The notes beneath the pieces were generated by a model, which was not told where the DNA came from, ran no database searches, and saw only the letters and a program-made list of their open reading frames with translations. From the NCBI GenBank assembly GCA_963692865.2, contig CAXXHI010000003.1:1-50489 (forward strand): a stretch of DNA of 50,489 bases. Reading direction: 5' to 3'. A program made the translations under genes and the position numbers. The stretch is from a bacterium. Lineage in GTDB: Bacteria > UBA8248. Positions 39,529 to 49,170 of the stretch are shown piece after piece. Each line of letters starts with the position of its first letter. Within the stretch, counting starts at the first letter, position 1.

Positions 39529-41310
39529 CTATTCGTAGTCATAAAAGCCCTTGCCCGTCTTTCTGCCCAGCCAGCCCGCCGAGGTCATCCGCCGCAGGAT
39601 GGGCGGCGCGTAGAACCTCGCCTCGCCCAGTTCTTCGGCCATCGAGTCGGCGACGAAGGTCTGCACGTCCGCGCCCACCAGGTCGATGAGCGTGAGCGGC
39701 CCCATCGGGTGGCCGAGGCCCATGCTGATGGCCTTGTCCATGCTCTCCCTGTCGGCGAGGCCCTCGTCGAACGCATGGGCGGCGTGGTTGAGATAGGGCA
39801 CGAGCAGGCGGTTCACGAGGAATCCCGGCCTGTCCTTCACGGGAATGGGCGTCTTGCCGATGCGGCGGCAGAACGCGACGCCGAACTCGGTGATCTCTGG
39901 CGCCGTCTGGACGGCCTCGATTACCTCGACGAGCCGCATCGCGTAGGGCGGGTTGAAGAAGTGCAGGCCCACCACGCGCTCGGGCGTTTTCGTCTTCGCC
40001 GCCATGGCGGTGACCGAAAGGCACGAGGTGTTCGACGCGATGACGGCGCCTTCTTTCGCGATCTCTCCCAGCTTCTCGAAGAGTTCGAGCTTGGCGTCGA
40101 GGTTCTCGACGATCACCTCGATGATGAGGTCGCAGTCCGCAAGCGCTCCCAGGTCGGTCGAGCCGCCGAGGCGCGCGAGCGTCGCCTCTTTTTGGGCCTC
40201 GTCCATCTTCCCGCGCTTGACCGCGCCGTCCAGGTTCCTGCGAATGCGGGTGAGGCCCGCTTCCAAGGCTCCTGCGTTCACCTCGACCCCGGTTACGTCG
40301 AGTCCCGCGGTGATGCAGACCTGCGCGATGCCCGACCCCATGGCCCCAAGACCGACCACGCCCACTTTTTGCACCGCGTCCGCGATGGGCTGTCCCCGGG
40401 AGAGGTCGCGCTCGTGCGCGGAGTCATCTTCCGGCTCCGCGACGCCGAACAGTCCTGCGGACTTGTAGGTGTAGAACCCCTTGCCCGTCTTCGCGCCCAA
40501 GGATCCTGCGTCTATCATGCGGTCCACCAGCGGCGGGGGGATGTAGCGCGGGTCCTTGAGTTGTTCGTACATCGAGAGCGAGACCGTGCGGTGGATGTCG
40601 AGCCCCTCGATGTCGAGCAGGCGCATGGGGCCCATCCGGTAGCCGAGGCCCAGCCGTACGCCCGCGTCCAGGTCCGCCGGGTTCGTGTAGCCCGATTCGA
40701 TCAAGCGGATGCAGTCGTTCTGGAACGCCACGAGGAAGTAGTTGATCACGAAGCCGGGCCAGTCCTTGACCGTGACGGGCGTCTGGCCGACTTCCTCCAG
40801 AAAGGTGCTTGTCGCGCTTACCGTCTCATCGCTCGTGAGGAGGCCGGGGGCGACTTCCACGAGCCTGTTGAGCGCGGCGGGCAGGCAGAAATGCGCGCCG
40901 ATGGTCTTCGAAGGCCGCCCCGACGCCGCCCCCATGTGGGAGATGGAGAGCGTGCTCGTGTTGGACGCGATGATGGCGCTTCCGTCCAGGACGGCGTTCA
41001 GGCTGCGGAGCAGCTTGTTCTTTTCCTCGCGGTCCTCGGTGATGGCCTCGATCACCAGGTCGCAGTCTTCCAGCCCCGAGAGCGACTCGGCCCGGCTTAT
41101 CCGGCCCAGCATCGCGTCCCTCTCCTCGGGCGAGGTCTTGCCCTTCGCCACGCCCGCGTCCACGAACGAGCGCACCCGGCCCATCCCTGCCTCCATGGCC
41201 TCCGCGTTCGCCTCGAAGACGACCGTCTCCTTGCCGCCCCGGGCGCATACGATGGCGATGTTCGAACCCATCGTTCCCAGACCGGCGACGCCCACCCGTT
41301 TCACTTTCAT
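39529..41310 (-). CDS. Tandem-duplicated 3-hydroxyacyl/3-hydroxybutyryl-CoA dehydrogenase
   Basis: Two complete units, each with G.G.MG, ASNTS, HF, PGF..N, MGP and GxKTGKGFY motifs. Confidence 0.92.
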   Translation of the reverse strand: MKVKRVGVAGLGTMGSNIAIVCARGGKETVVFEANAEAMEAGMGRVRSFVDAGVAKGKTSPEERDAMLGRISRAESLSGLEDCDLVIEAITEDREEKNKLLRSLNAVLDGSAIIASNTSTLSISHMGAASGRPSKTIGAHFCLPAALNRLVEVAPGLLTSDETVSATSTFLEEVGQTPVTVKDWPGFVINYFLVAFQNDCIRLIESGYTNPADLDAGVRLGLGYRMGPMRLLDIEGLDIHRTVSLSMYEQLKDPRYIPPPLVDRMIDAGSLGAKTGKGFYTYKSAGLFGVAEPEDDSAHERDLSRGQPIADAVQKVGVVGLGAMGSGIAQVCITAGLDVTGVEVNAGALEAGLTRIRRNLDGAVKRGKMDEAQKEATLARLGGSTDLGALADCDLIIEVIVENLDAKLELFEKLGEIAKEGAVIASNTSCLSVTAMAAKTKTPERVVGLHFFNPPYAMRLVEVIEAVQTAPEITEFGVAFCRRIGKTPIPVKDRPGFLVNRLLVPYLNHAAHAFDEGLADRESMDKAISMGLGHPMGPLTLIDLVGADVQTFVADSMAEELGEARFYAPPILRRMTSAGWLGRKTGKGFYDYE

Positions 41311-41553
41311 GGAATTCTCCTGTCATTTTTCATGAGCGAGGCGCGTTTCCCCGCGTGGATTTATGAAGTTTCAGACCGCATTCCCGGTATGAAAATTCTT
41401 CGAAGAGGGGCGCTCGCGCATCTTCAAAGTTTCCGTACGTGGGTCTCTTTGTAGGCTTCGCGCCGGATTCTTGTCAATCCGGCCTTGCGGGGGTTGTTGA
41501 AAAAGGCCTGATTCCGTGATTAGGCGCATGTAATCGACAGACGAGAGAACAAT

Positions 41554-41749
41554 TCACTCCCCCCTTGAGGGTCTGGCTTCCCGAGGGGAAAGCCAGACGA
41601 TGAAGCCGAGCGGTTTGTGCGAAGGCTGAATCGGTGGGGGGACGATTCTAAATGAAAAACTCCCCCCACCGGTTCGGTTTCGGGAAAAAAACTTCCTCAC
41701 CTCACCGTCGGTCTTCCCCGAGGGAGACCGACCCTCAAGGGGGGAGTGA
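41554..41749. repeat. TCACTCCCCCCTTGAGGG hairpin family, copy B
   Basis: Inverted ends; interior is homologous (inverted) to 42781-42923. Confidence 0.8.
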
Positions 41750-41827
41750 AATTGAGTGTGCTCCTTCTGTGTACTTCCCCAACCACCCCTTGCAAGTTCG
41801 CCGATCCGGTTTATGATTTTCCCCATC

Positions 41828-42190
41828 ATGAACATCTCGCGCGAGAAGCTGGAGCAACTGATCGAACAAGCCGCGCAGACGGGCGAACCTCTCTCGATGG
41901 AGGGGGAAGACCTCTCCTGGGCGGACCTGGGCGGATGCGACCTCGCCGACGCCAACCTGAGGGGAGCGAGCCTGGTGCGCGCCAATCTCTCGGGCGCCGA
42001 TCTATCGGGCGCGGACCTGCGCGAGGCGGATCTCAGGAACGCCGATCTGGAGGGCGCCGTCCTGCGCGACGCGAACCTTTGCGACGCCGACGTCGCGGGG
42101 GCGAGCTTCCGGGATGCGGATTTGACGGGTGCTGAGGTCGATGGCGTGAACTTCGACGAGGCGATCATCGAGGACGCGCGTTTTCTCTAG
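41828..42190 (+). CDS. Pentapeptide repeat protein
   Basis: Tandem A[DN]Lxx repeats across about 90 residues. Confidence 0.9.
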   Translation: MNISREKLEQLIEQAAQTGEPLSMEGEDLSWADLGGCDLADANLRGASLVRANLSGADLSGADLREADLRNADLEGAVLRDANLCDADVAGASFRDADLTGAEVDGVNFDEAIIEDARFL

Positions 42191-42265
42191 GGGTTGTTGG
42201 CCCTGTTTGCGTGATTCGGCGCATGTAATCGACAGACGAGAGATAAGATGCACTCCCCCCTTGAG

Positions 42266-42775
42266 GGGGCCGTTGAAAAAGCTTCGTGGCAGGGCAAAGG
42301 CAACCCCCTTGAGGGGAAGACCTCATAAAGGCAACCCCCCTACCCCCCTTGTCAGGGCTGTTGAAAACCCTCGATGAGTGAGAGATTGTCGGTATTGCGT
42401 AGGGACAACCCTCCGTGGTTGTCCTCCATCGGACAGGCACGGAGGCCTGTCCCTACGGTCGCCATTCGAGGGGATGTGCAGGGGTCGCCCGATCGGGATT
42501 GACCCACCGCGCGGCATCGGGCTTGGCAGAACGCTTGACGCCCTCATCCCGCGCAAGCGCCCCAAGCCCTCATCCTGAGTAGGCGCGCAAGCGCCGTATC
42601 GAAGGATGGGGCGCATCTCTCCGGCGGACGCGCTTCGCCCTTCGATACGCCGCCTTCGGCGGCTATTCAGGGTGAAGCAGAGCGGCGGGTAGCTCGGGGG
42701 GTGGGAGGTATGACGTGCAAGTGCGGAGAATGCGCCGCGCGCATTTTCCCATTGACGGGCTTTTTCAACAGCCCC
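42266..42775. mobile_element. MITE-like element, 510 bp, nested in hairpin-family copy C (42251-42923)
   Basis: TIRs GGGGCCGTTGAAAAAGC / GCTTTTTCAACAGCCCC (16/17); 5-bp direct repeat TTGAG at 42261-42265 and 42776-42780. Removing it restores the host repeat. Confidence 0.8.
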
Positions 42776-43010
42776 TTGAGGGTCGGTCTCCCTCGGGGAA
42801 GATCGACGGTGAGGGGAGTTTTTCATTTGGAATCGTCCCCCCACCGATTCAGCCTTCGCACAAACCGCTCGGCTTCATCGTCTGGCTTTCCCCTCGGGAA
42901 GCCGGACCCTCAAGGGGGAGTGAACTTCAAGCGTGCGCGCAACCCAAAATTGTTTCCCGGAGATTTTTCAACAACCCCCTTTGGGGGCGCGCGCTGGGTC
43001 CGGCCCCGCC

Positions 43011-44191
43011 CTATTCCTCTCCGCGTAATATGATGGAGACCATCTCCCGCAGGCCGACCGCCTCCACGTTCTTCGCGACGGGGTGGCGCTCCTCGCCCGA
43101 ATAGACGATGAAGGCGCGCTCGGGCTTCACGTCCTCGCAGGCGTGGTGGAAGCCCTTGCCGGGGACCGGGGGAGAGGCCGCGTTTGATCTCGACCGCCCA
43201 CGGACCCCGCCTCCCCGGGAGTTCGAGCACGAGGTCGATCTCCGCGCCCGCCAGGGTGCGGTAGAAGCTCGCCATGGTCCGGGGCGGGGCGACGGCGAGG
43301 AGGTTCTCGATGACGAAACCCTCCCCAGCTCGGCCCCACGACCGGGTGGCCCGCGAGCGCGTCGTAATCCTCGACCCCGAGCAGGGCGTGGACGATGCCG
43401 CTGTCGCGCACGTACGTCTTGGGCGATTTGACCAGCCGCTTCTTGACGTTCGCGTGGAACGGGCGCAGGCGGCGGACGAGGAGCAGGTCGACCAGCAGGT
43501 CGATGTAGCCGGTCACCGTCGGGGCGCTGACCGCAAGCCCCGCGGCCAGCTTCGACGCGTTGAGCAGCGTGCCCTGCCCGTGGGCCAGCATGGTCCAGAA
43601 CCGCTCCAGCGTCTCCGCCGGGATGCGCCGGCCGAACTGCGTCACGTCGCGCTCCAGGTAGGAGCGGATGAAATTCCGCCGGAAGGTCATGCTGTCGGCG
43701 TCGTCGTCGGCCAAAAAGCTGTCCGGGAAGCCGCCGCGCACCCACAGCTCCGTGGCGGCCCGCGCGTCGGGCGCGGCCTCGCTCACGTCGAGCGGGCCGA
43801 GTTCGACGTATTCGATCCGCCCGGCGAGGCTCTCCCCCGATTGGCGGAGCAGGTCGAGCGACGCCGATCCCAGCATCAGAAAGCGGCCCGTTCGTTTCCC
43901 CCGCCTGCGGCCCCGGTCGATCAGGCCGCGCAACTCCTGGAACAGCTCCGGGGCGCGGTGGATCTCGTCGAGGATGACGAGGCGGTCCTCGTATTCGCCG
44001 AGATAGAGCGCGGGGTCGGCGAGTTTCTCCCGATCCGTGCGGGATTCCAGGTCGAGATAGATCGCGTCCGCGCTTTCGGCGATCTCGAGGGCCAGCGTCG
44101 TCTTGCCGACCTGGCGCGCGCCGAGCAGGGCGACGGAGGCCTGTCTGCCGAGCGCTTTCAGTATGTTTTGGTATGATCGTCTGTATATCAT
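43011..44191 (-). pseudogene. AAA_14 ATPase + DUF4143 protein with two +1 frameshifts
   Basis: GARQVGKT, ILDEIH, GSAS, RGGFP, KSPK.Y..DSG motifs. The C-terminus (SWEGFVIEN..FYRT..GAEIDL..VEIK..KGFH) is spread over three frames, with breaks at 43323-43326 and 43161-43172. Confidence 0.85.
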
Positions 44192-44485
44192 CCTTGTAAG
44201 TTAAAACAAACACTTTTAATTTGCAAGGATAATCCAAATTTTTCTTGTAAATTAAAAGTCTAACTTTCATTTTACAAGGATAAACTGTCTTCTCCCGGCT
44301 CGGGGCGAGGCGGGAACGAGGCTCCGGAAGTCATCGGACGGGGGATGGCGCCGGGTTTCAGGCCGGCGAAGTCGTGTGCGGGCGGATCCCCGCCTTGCCC
44401 GGATAGGACCTCTTCAGGACGATCCGGCGGGATATTTGCCAATTATCCTTGTAAATTAAAAGTCAGACTTTCAATTTACAAGGAT
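44190..44485. promoter_or_regulatory. Three copies of a 41-bp AT-rich imperfect palindrome
   Basis: ATCCTTGTAAATTAAAAGTC-A-GACTTTCAATTTACAAGGAT variants at 44190-44230, 44241-44281 and 44445-44485. Confidence 0.75.
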
Positions 44486-44618
44486 AATGGCCTGATTTGC
44501 TGGTTTCTCGGACGCGCCGGGAGAGAAAACGGCGGCGCCACGAGGATGGAAGACGAAAGCGTTATGGTGAAACTGCGCGAGGGAACGGGCTCCGGCGTCC
44601 GTCCGGCTCCAGGGTTTT

Positions 44619-46220
44619 CTAGTCGAACACCGTGTCGTCGTAGTGCGCGGCGTCCACCACCGCCTCGATGACGGTCGGCCCCTCGGCGTCGAAGGCCTCC
44701 TTGAGCGCGCGCCCGAGTTCCTCCGGCGTTCGCGCGCCCACGGCGGGCACGCCGAAGTAGTGGGCGGGCGGCGCCTGGTATTCCTCCGCCTGGAGTTCGG
44801 TGCCGTAGCGGCCGTAATCGCGCCTGTCCTGCTTGACCTGGATGAGCGAGAGCCAGCGGTCGTCCAGCACGACGATGGGGATGGCGAGGCCCATCCTCTT
44901 GGCCACGGCCACCTCGCCGCACGTCATCTGGAAGCACCCGTCCCCGATGAGGGCGACGACGGGTTTATCCGGGTGTGCCAGTTTCGCGGCGATGGCCCCC
45001 GGCAGGCCGAAGCCCATCGAGGACCACCCGTTCGTGATGAGGAACGTGCGCGGGTCGTGCACGGTCCACTGGCTGGCGATCTGGTGCGTGTGCGCGCCCA
45101 CGTCGAAGGAGAGGATTCCCTCCTTCGGCGTCGCCTCGCGCACCACGTCGATGGCCTCATGGGCCGCGAAGTGCGGAACCGCAGGCCGCAGGGCCTTCTG
45201 GAATTTTTCCTTGTGGCGCAAGGCGGCGTCGGAGGGCCACTCGTAGCTGCCGGGCGTCATGTCGTTCATGCGCCTTAGAGAGGCGTCGAGGTCGCCCACC
45301 ACCTCGTGCGCGATATCGACCGAAGCGTCCGCGTCCACCGGGTCGATGTCCACGCTTGCGAGGGGCGCGTCCTTGATCCACTGCTCGTATTCCACCTCGA
45401 CGACGTCGTAGCCGACCCCGAGGATCAGGTCCGCGCTTCTCAGGAACTCGCGCTGCACCTGGCGCTTGCCGCGTTCGATGCACCCTATGGATAGCGGGTG
45501 GTCCTCGTCTATCATCCCCTTGGCCATGGTGGTCGTGGCGAAAGGAAGCTGGTGGCGGTCGATGAAGGCGCGCAGGAGGCCTGGGTTTTCCATCCGCATG
45601 GTCGTGGAGCCCAGAACGGCGACGGGCCGCCTGGCGTTCTGGAGAAGCGATTCGAGTTTCGCGAATGCGCTCTCGGGCGCCGGACGGTGGCGCTTTCCCT
45701 CGGGGAGAGGCGGCGTATCCTCGGTGGCGGGCGCCAGCGATACGTCTTCGGGCAGGTCGAGATGGACGGGGCCGTGCGGCTCGCTCAAGGCGAGGCCCAT
45801 CGCCTCTTCCAGCACGGAGGCGACGCGGCCTTTCCTGAGCGGGAGGCTCGCTTTGGAGATGGGCCGGTAGAGGGTGTGGTGGTCGATGTACATCTGGATG
45901 CGGCGCCCCAACTGGTGCGTGTGCAGGTTGCAGGTGAGGGCGATGAGCGGGGAGCGGTCCAGATAGGCGTTGCCCACGCCGGTCGAGAGGTTGGTGGCGC
46001 CCGGCCCCAAGGTGGCGATGCAAAAGCCGGGCGCGCCCGTCAGGCGGCCCATCACGTCGGCGGCGAAGCTCGCGGAGCCCTCGTGCGCGGTGAGGACGAA
46101 GGTGATCCCCCCCTTGCGCATGGCCTCCAGCATGGGCAGCACGTTTCCGCTCGGGATGCCGAAGCAGTGCGTGACGCCCGCTTCCTTCATGGTCTTGACG
46201 ATCAGGTCCGCGTTGTTCAT
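44619..46220 (-). CDS. Thiamine pyrophosphate-binding enzyme (acetolactate synthase-like family)
   Basis: HE..A.F.A, TLGPGATN, SMGFGLPGA, GDG TPP-binding motif. Confidence 0.92.
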   Translation of the reverse strand: MNNADLIVKTMKEAGVTHCFGIPSGNVLPMLEAMRKGGITFVLTAHEGSASFAADVMGRLTGAPGFCIATLGPGATNLSTGVGNAYLDRSPLIALTCNLHTHQLGRRIQMYIDHHTLYRPISKASLPLRKGRVASVLEEAMGLALSEPHGPVHLDLPEDVSLAPATEDTPPLPEGKRHRPAPESAFAKLESLLQNARRPVAVLGSTTMRMENPGLLRAFIDRHQLPFATTTMAKGMIDEDHPLSIGCIERGKRQVQREFLRSADLILGVGYDVVEVEYEQWIKDAPLASVDIDPVDADASVDIAHEVVGDLDASLRRMNDMTPGSYEWPSDAALRHKEKFQKALRPAVPHFAAHEAIDVVREATPKEGILSFDVGAHTHQIASQWTVHDPRTFLITNGWSSMGFGLPGAIAAKLAHPDKPVVALIGDGCFQMTCGEVAVAKRMGLAIPIVVLDDRWLSLIQVKQDRRDYGRYGTELQAEEYQAPPAHYFGVPAVGARTPEELGRALKEAFDAEGPTVIEAVVDAAHYDDTVFD

Positions 46221-46235
46221 GGAAAATCTCCGGTA

Positions 46236-47279
46236 TCAGGATGACGAATGACGATAAATGTTGATGAGGTCCTTTAACAAAGCCGCGGCCGCGCCGCGCG
46301 GGTCGCTCTTGCCGCCCGCGACGGTGACGCGATCCATCGTATCGCTCGTGTAGGTGATTCCCTTCTCCGCCCCGTCCACGCCCGCCAGGGGGTGATCGGG
46401 CGGGAGAAGCTCGGGCGCGACGCGGGCCGAGACGCGCCCGGCCTCATCCCGCCTCGCGGCGCCCACCAGGCGCATGATTTTGCCCTCCGCGCTCGCGCGC
46501 TCAACCTCGTCGAGAGTGATTCCGGCGATGCCCGTCCGCTCCACGTCCTCAGGTCTAAGGTCCGCCCCCATCGAGACGTTCGCGATGAGCGCGAGCTTGT
46601 TCGCCGTGTCGAAACCCTCCACGTCAAGCGTGGGGTCGGTCTCCGCGATGCCGAGAGCCTGCGCCTCTGCGAGCGCCTCCTCGTAGCTCTGGCCGCGCGT
46701 CCTCATGCGCGTGAGGATGAAATTCGTCGTCCCGTTCAGGACGCCCTCTACCTTAAGAATCTCGGCCCCCGCCAGGCAGGTCTCCGCCACGTCGATGGTC
46801 GGGAGGGCGGCGGCCGCGGCGGCGGATATTTTGAGGCTCAAGTTTTTCTCCCGCGCCAGCCCGGCCAGTTCGCGCCAGGCGCGGATGAAAGGCCCCTTGT
46901 TCGCGCTCACGACGTGCATTCCCCTGGAAAGCGCCTCGCGGATGTGGCTCATGGCCGGCTCGCCCGTGCGGATGTCTGTGGGCGTCGTCTCGATGAGTAC
47001 GTCGGCGCTCGCCGAGCGGACGAGGTCGAGTCCTTGCCAGTCGGCCACAAGGTTCGGGTGCCCCGCGAAGCCGCCCTTTCTCTCGAAGGCGTCGGCGGCG
47101 GCTGCGGGGTCGAGTCCGCCGGGGCAATGCAGGCTCCCGTTCAACTCGCCCACGCCGACGATGATCGCGTCCAGGCCGTAAGCCGTCCGCATGCGTTCTG
47201 ATTTCTCGTGGATGAGTCTCGCGAATTCGCGCCCCACGCGCCCGAACCCGCAAACGATCACTCTAATCTGTTCAGCCAA
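46236..47279 (-). CDS. hom: Homoserine dehydrogenase (short form, no ACT domain)
   Basis: GFGRVG, VVSANK, GVLNGTTNFIL, AETDPTLDVEGFDTANK motifs. Confidence 0.9.
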   Translation of the reverse strand: MAEQIRVIVCGFGRVGREFARLIHEKSERMRTAYGLDAIIVGVGELNGSLHCPGGLDPAAAADAFERKGGFAGHPNLVADWQGLDLVRSASADVLIETTPTDIRTGEPAMSHIREALSRGMHVVSANKGPFIRAWRELAGLAREKNLSLKISAAAAAALPTIDVAETCLAGAEILKVEGVLNGTTNFILTRMRTRGQSYEEALAEAQALGIAETDPTLDVEGFDTANKLALIANVSMGADLRPEDVERTGIAGITLDEVERASAEGKIMRLVGAARRDEAGRVSARVAPELLPPDHPLAGVDGAEKGITYTSDTMDRVTVAGGKSDPRGAAAALLKDLINIYRHSSS

Positions 47280-47694
47280 GCGTCACCCTTTTCGGTTGTT
47301 GATGCGGGATGCTCGGAATTCCCGCCCCTTCATGCCACGCCGGGCGGCGGGCGGTCAACCGGGTGTTTTCACGCGCCTCGTTGCCGAGCGGATGAAACTA
47401 TGAGAAACCTGTTGACCGTTCCACAAATATGATGCGCTTTCAGGATTCACGACGCGAAAGGGGCAATAAGCTGAAAAATATCTCTTCGTCTTGGTCCTTA
47501 GCGGAGTTGTCTCCGATGCTGCAGACATTGAACGGAAATTGCATCAAGGATGAAAGGTCGTCTGTTTGATAACGACTTATGCGCTCATCATCGATGATGA
47601 GGGTACAATAAGGTTTTCTGCACCGTCTTCGAAACGCACCTGACATCTCCCGTCACAAGGATCATCATGTGAAATTCAGACAAGGAGACATGAC

Positions 47695-47916
47695 ATGAAC
47701 AGACGGTTGACCGCTATCGTCGAACGCGAGGGCGATGGATACGTCGCCCTGTGCCCGGAAGTGGATGTCGCCAGCCAGGGAGACACCGTGTCCGAGGCGC
47801 GCGACAACCTGGCCGAAGCGCTCACCTTGTTCTTCGAGACGGCTTCCGCCGGGGAAGTCGACAGACGCCTGCGCAGCGAAGTCTATGTGACCCATATCGA
47901 GGTCGCCGTTGGCTAG
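47695..47916 (+). CDS. hicB: HicB-family antitoxin (short form)
   Basis: TAIVEREGDGYVALCPEVDVASQGDT..EA..NL.EAL.LF motif; AGGAG RBS. Confidence 0.88.
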   Translation: MNRRLTAIVEREGDGYVALCPEVDVASQGDTVSEARDNLAEALTLFFETASAGEVDRRLRSEVYVTHIEVAVG

Positions 47917-47995
47917 GTTGCGCGATCTCCCCGAAATGGCCCTGGACTTCATCTGCGAAACGTATGCCCTCCTCTTATCGTCTATAGCGCGTTGA
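47909..47995 (+). pseudogene. Probable truncated hicA remnant
   Basis: TTG overlapping the hicB stop reads MARLRDL (HicA-like start), then loses similarity and stops after 28 codons. Confidence 0.4.
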
Positions 47996-48112
47996 CATAA
48001 ACCTGTTGGTCTCTTGTTTCTTCTTCTTAGCCGGGCGGCGGGCGGTCAACCGGGTGTTTTCACGCGCCTCGTTGCCGAGCGGATGAAACTATGAGAAACC
48101 TTTTGCTCGTTC

Positions 48113-49120
48113 ATGAACATGCGCTTTCAGGATTCATCTCGCGAAAGGGGAGAAGATGCCGAACTGGAACTCACGGCGGCGTTCGGCGATTACGACCGCA
48201 CCAACATTCTCAAGACGGGCGCGGTGCGCCCGGAGGGCGTGAACCTCAGGGTGCTCTCCCTGCCGCCCACCGAGATTTTCTTCCGCATGTGCAGATACCA
48301 GGAGTTCGACTTGTCGGAGATGTCGATGGGCGCGCACATGTTCCTGCTCGGGCAGGGAGAGAGCCCCTTCGTGGGGATGCCCGCCTTTCCGAGCCGCGTC
48401 TTCCGGCACTCGATGGTCTACGCCAACACGGATTCCGGCGTCGATGCGGTGGCGGACCTGAACGGCAAGCGGGTCGCGATACGCGAATGGGGGATGACGG
48501 CGGTGGTGTGGATCGTCGGCATTCTCGCGGAAGAGTACGGCCTCGACGTAAGCTCGGTGGACTGGGTGGCGGCCATCGAGCCGCGCGTGCCGATTCCCAT
48601 GCCGTCCGGCGCAAGTATCCGCTATATGAAGCCCGGCCGGACGGTATCGAACATGCTCGAATCGGGCGAGGTGGACGGCGCGCTGATCCACCAGGTGCCC
48701 GAGTGCTTCGCAAAGGGCTCACCAAGCGTGAAGCGCCTCTTCCCGGACTACAAGGCCGCCGAGACGGCGTATTACAAGCGAACGGGCGTCCACCCCATGA
48801 TGCACTGCGTCGTGCTGCGCAAGGACGTTCACGAACGAACCCCCTGGGCGCTCGGCTCCATCTACCAGGCCATGTGCGAGGCGCGCGAGAAGACGATGGC
48901 GCTTCTGAGCGACAACGGCGCGCTCTCGGCCATGATTCCGTTTCTGCCCTCGGTAATGGACGAGACGCGCGAGATATTCGGCGATGATTTCTGGCCCTAC
49001 GGGATGGAGGCGAACCGCGCGTCGCTGGAGAAGCTCCTCTCCTACGCCCACGCGCAGGGCCTCACGCCCGGTCTGCTCGAAGTGGAGGAGCTCTTCGGCG
49101 AGAGCGTGCGGAACACCTAG
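48113..49120 (+). CDS. 4,5-dihydroxyphthalate decarboxylase-like protein (periplasmic-binding-protein fold)
   Basis: GDYDRT...G.V.PEG, EIFFRM...EFD.SEMS, FPSRVFRHS, TG.HP.MH, DFWPYG.EANR motifs. Confidence 0.85.
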   Translation: MNMRFQDSSRERGEDAELELTAAFGDYDRTNILKTGAVRPEGVNLRVLSLPPTEIFFRMCRYQEFDLSEMSMGAHMFLLGQGESPFVGMPAFPSRVFRHSMVYANTDSGVDAVADLNGKRVAIREWGMTAVVWIVGILAEEYGLDVSSVDWVAAIEPRVPIPMPSGASIRYMKPGRTVSNMLESGEVDGALIHQVPECFAKGSPSVKRLFPDYKAAETAYYKRTGVHPMMHCVVLRKDVHERTPWALGSIYQAMCEAREKTMALLSDNGALSAMIPFLPSVMDETREIFGDDFWPYGMEANRASLEKLLSYAHAQGLTPGLLEVEELFGESVRNT

Positions 49121-49170
49121 CCGAGCGTTCGGATTCGCTTCATCCGGCGGAACCGCCCGCCGCCGCTGAT

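Larger units (their letters stand above)
47339..48101. repeat. Perfect 72-bp direct repeat flanking a 619-bp insert
   Basis: 47339-47410 is identical to 48030-48101 (GCCGGGCGGCGG...TATGAGAAACCT). Confidence 0.95.

Noticed and set aside
44190-44485. CRISPR array
   Set aside because: Only three imperfect units with 10- and 163-bp gaps, and no cas genes.
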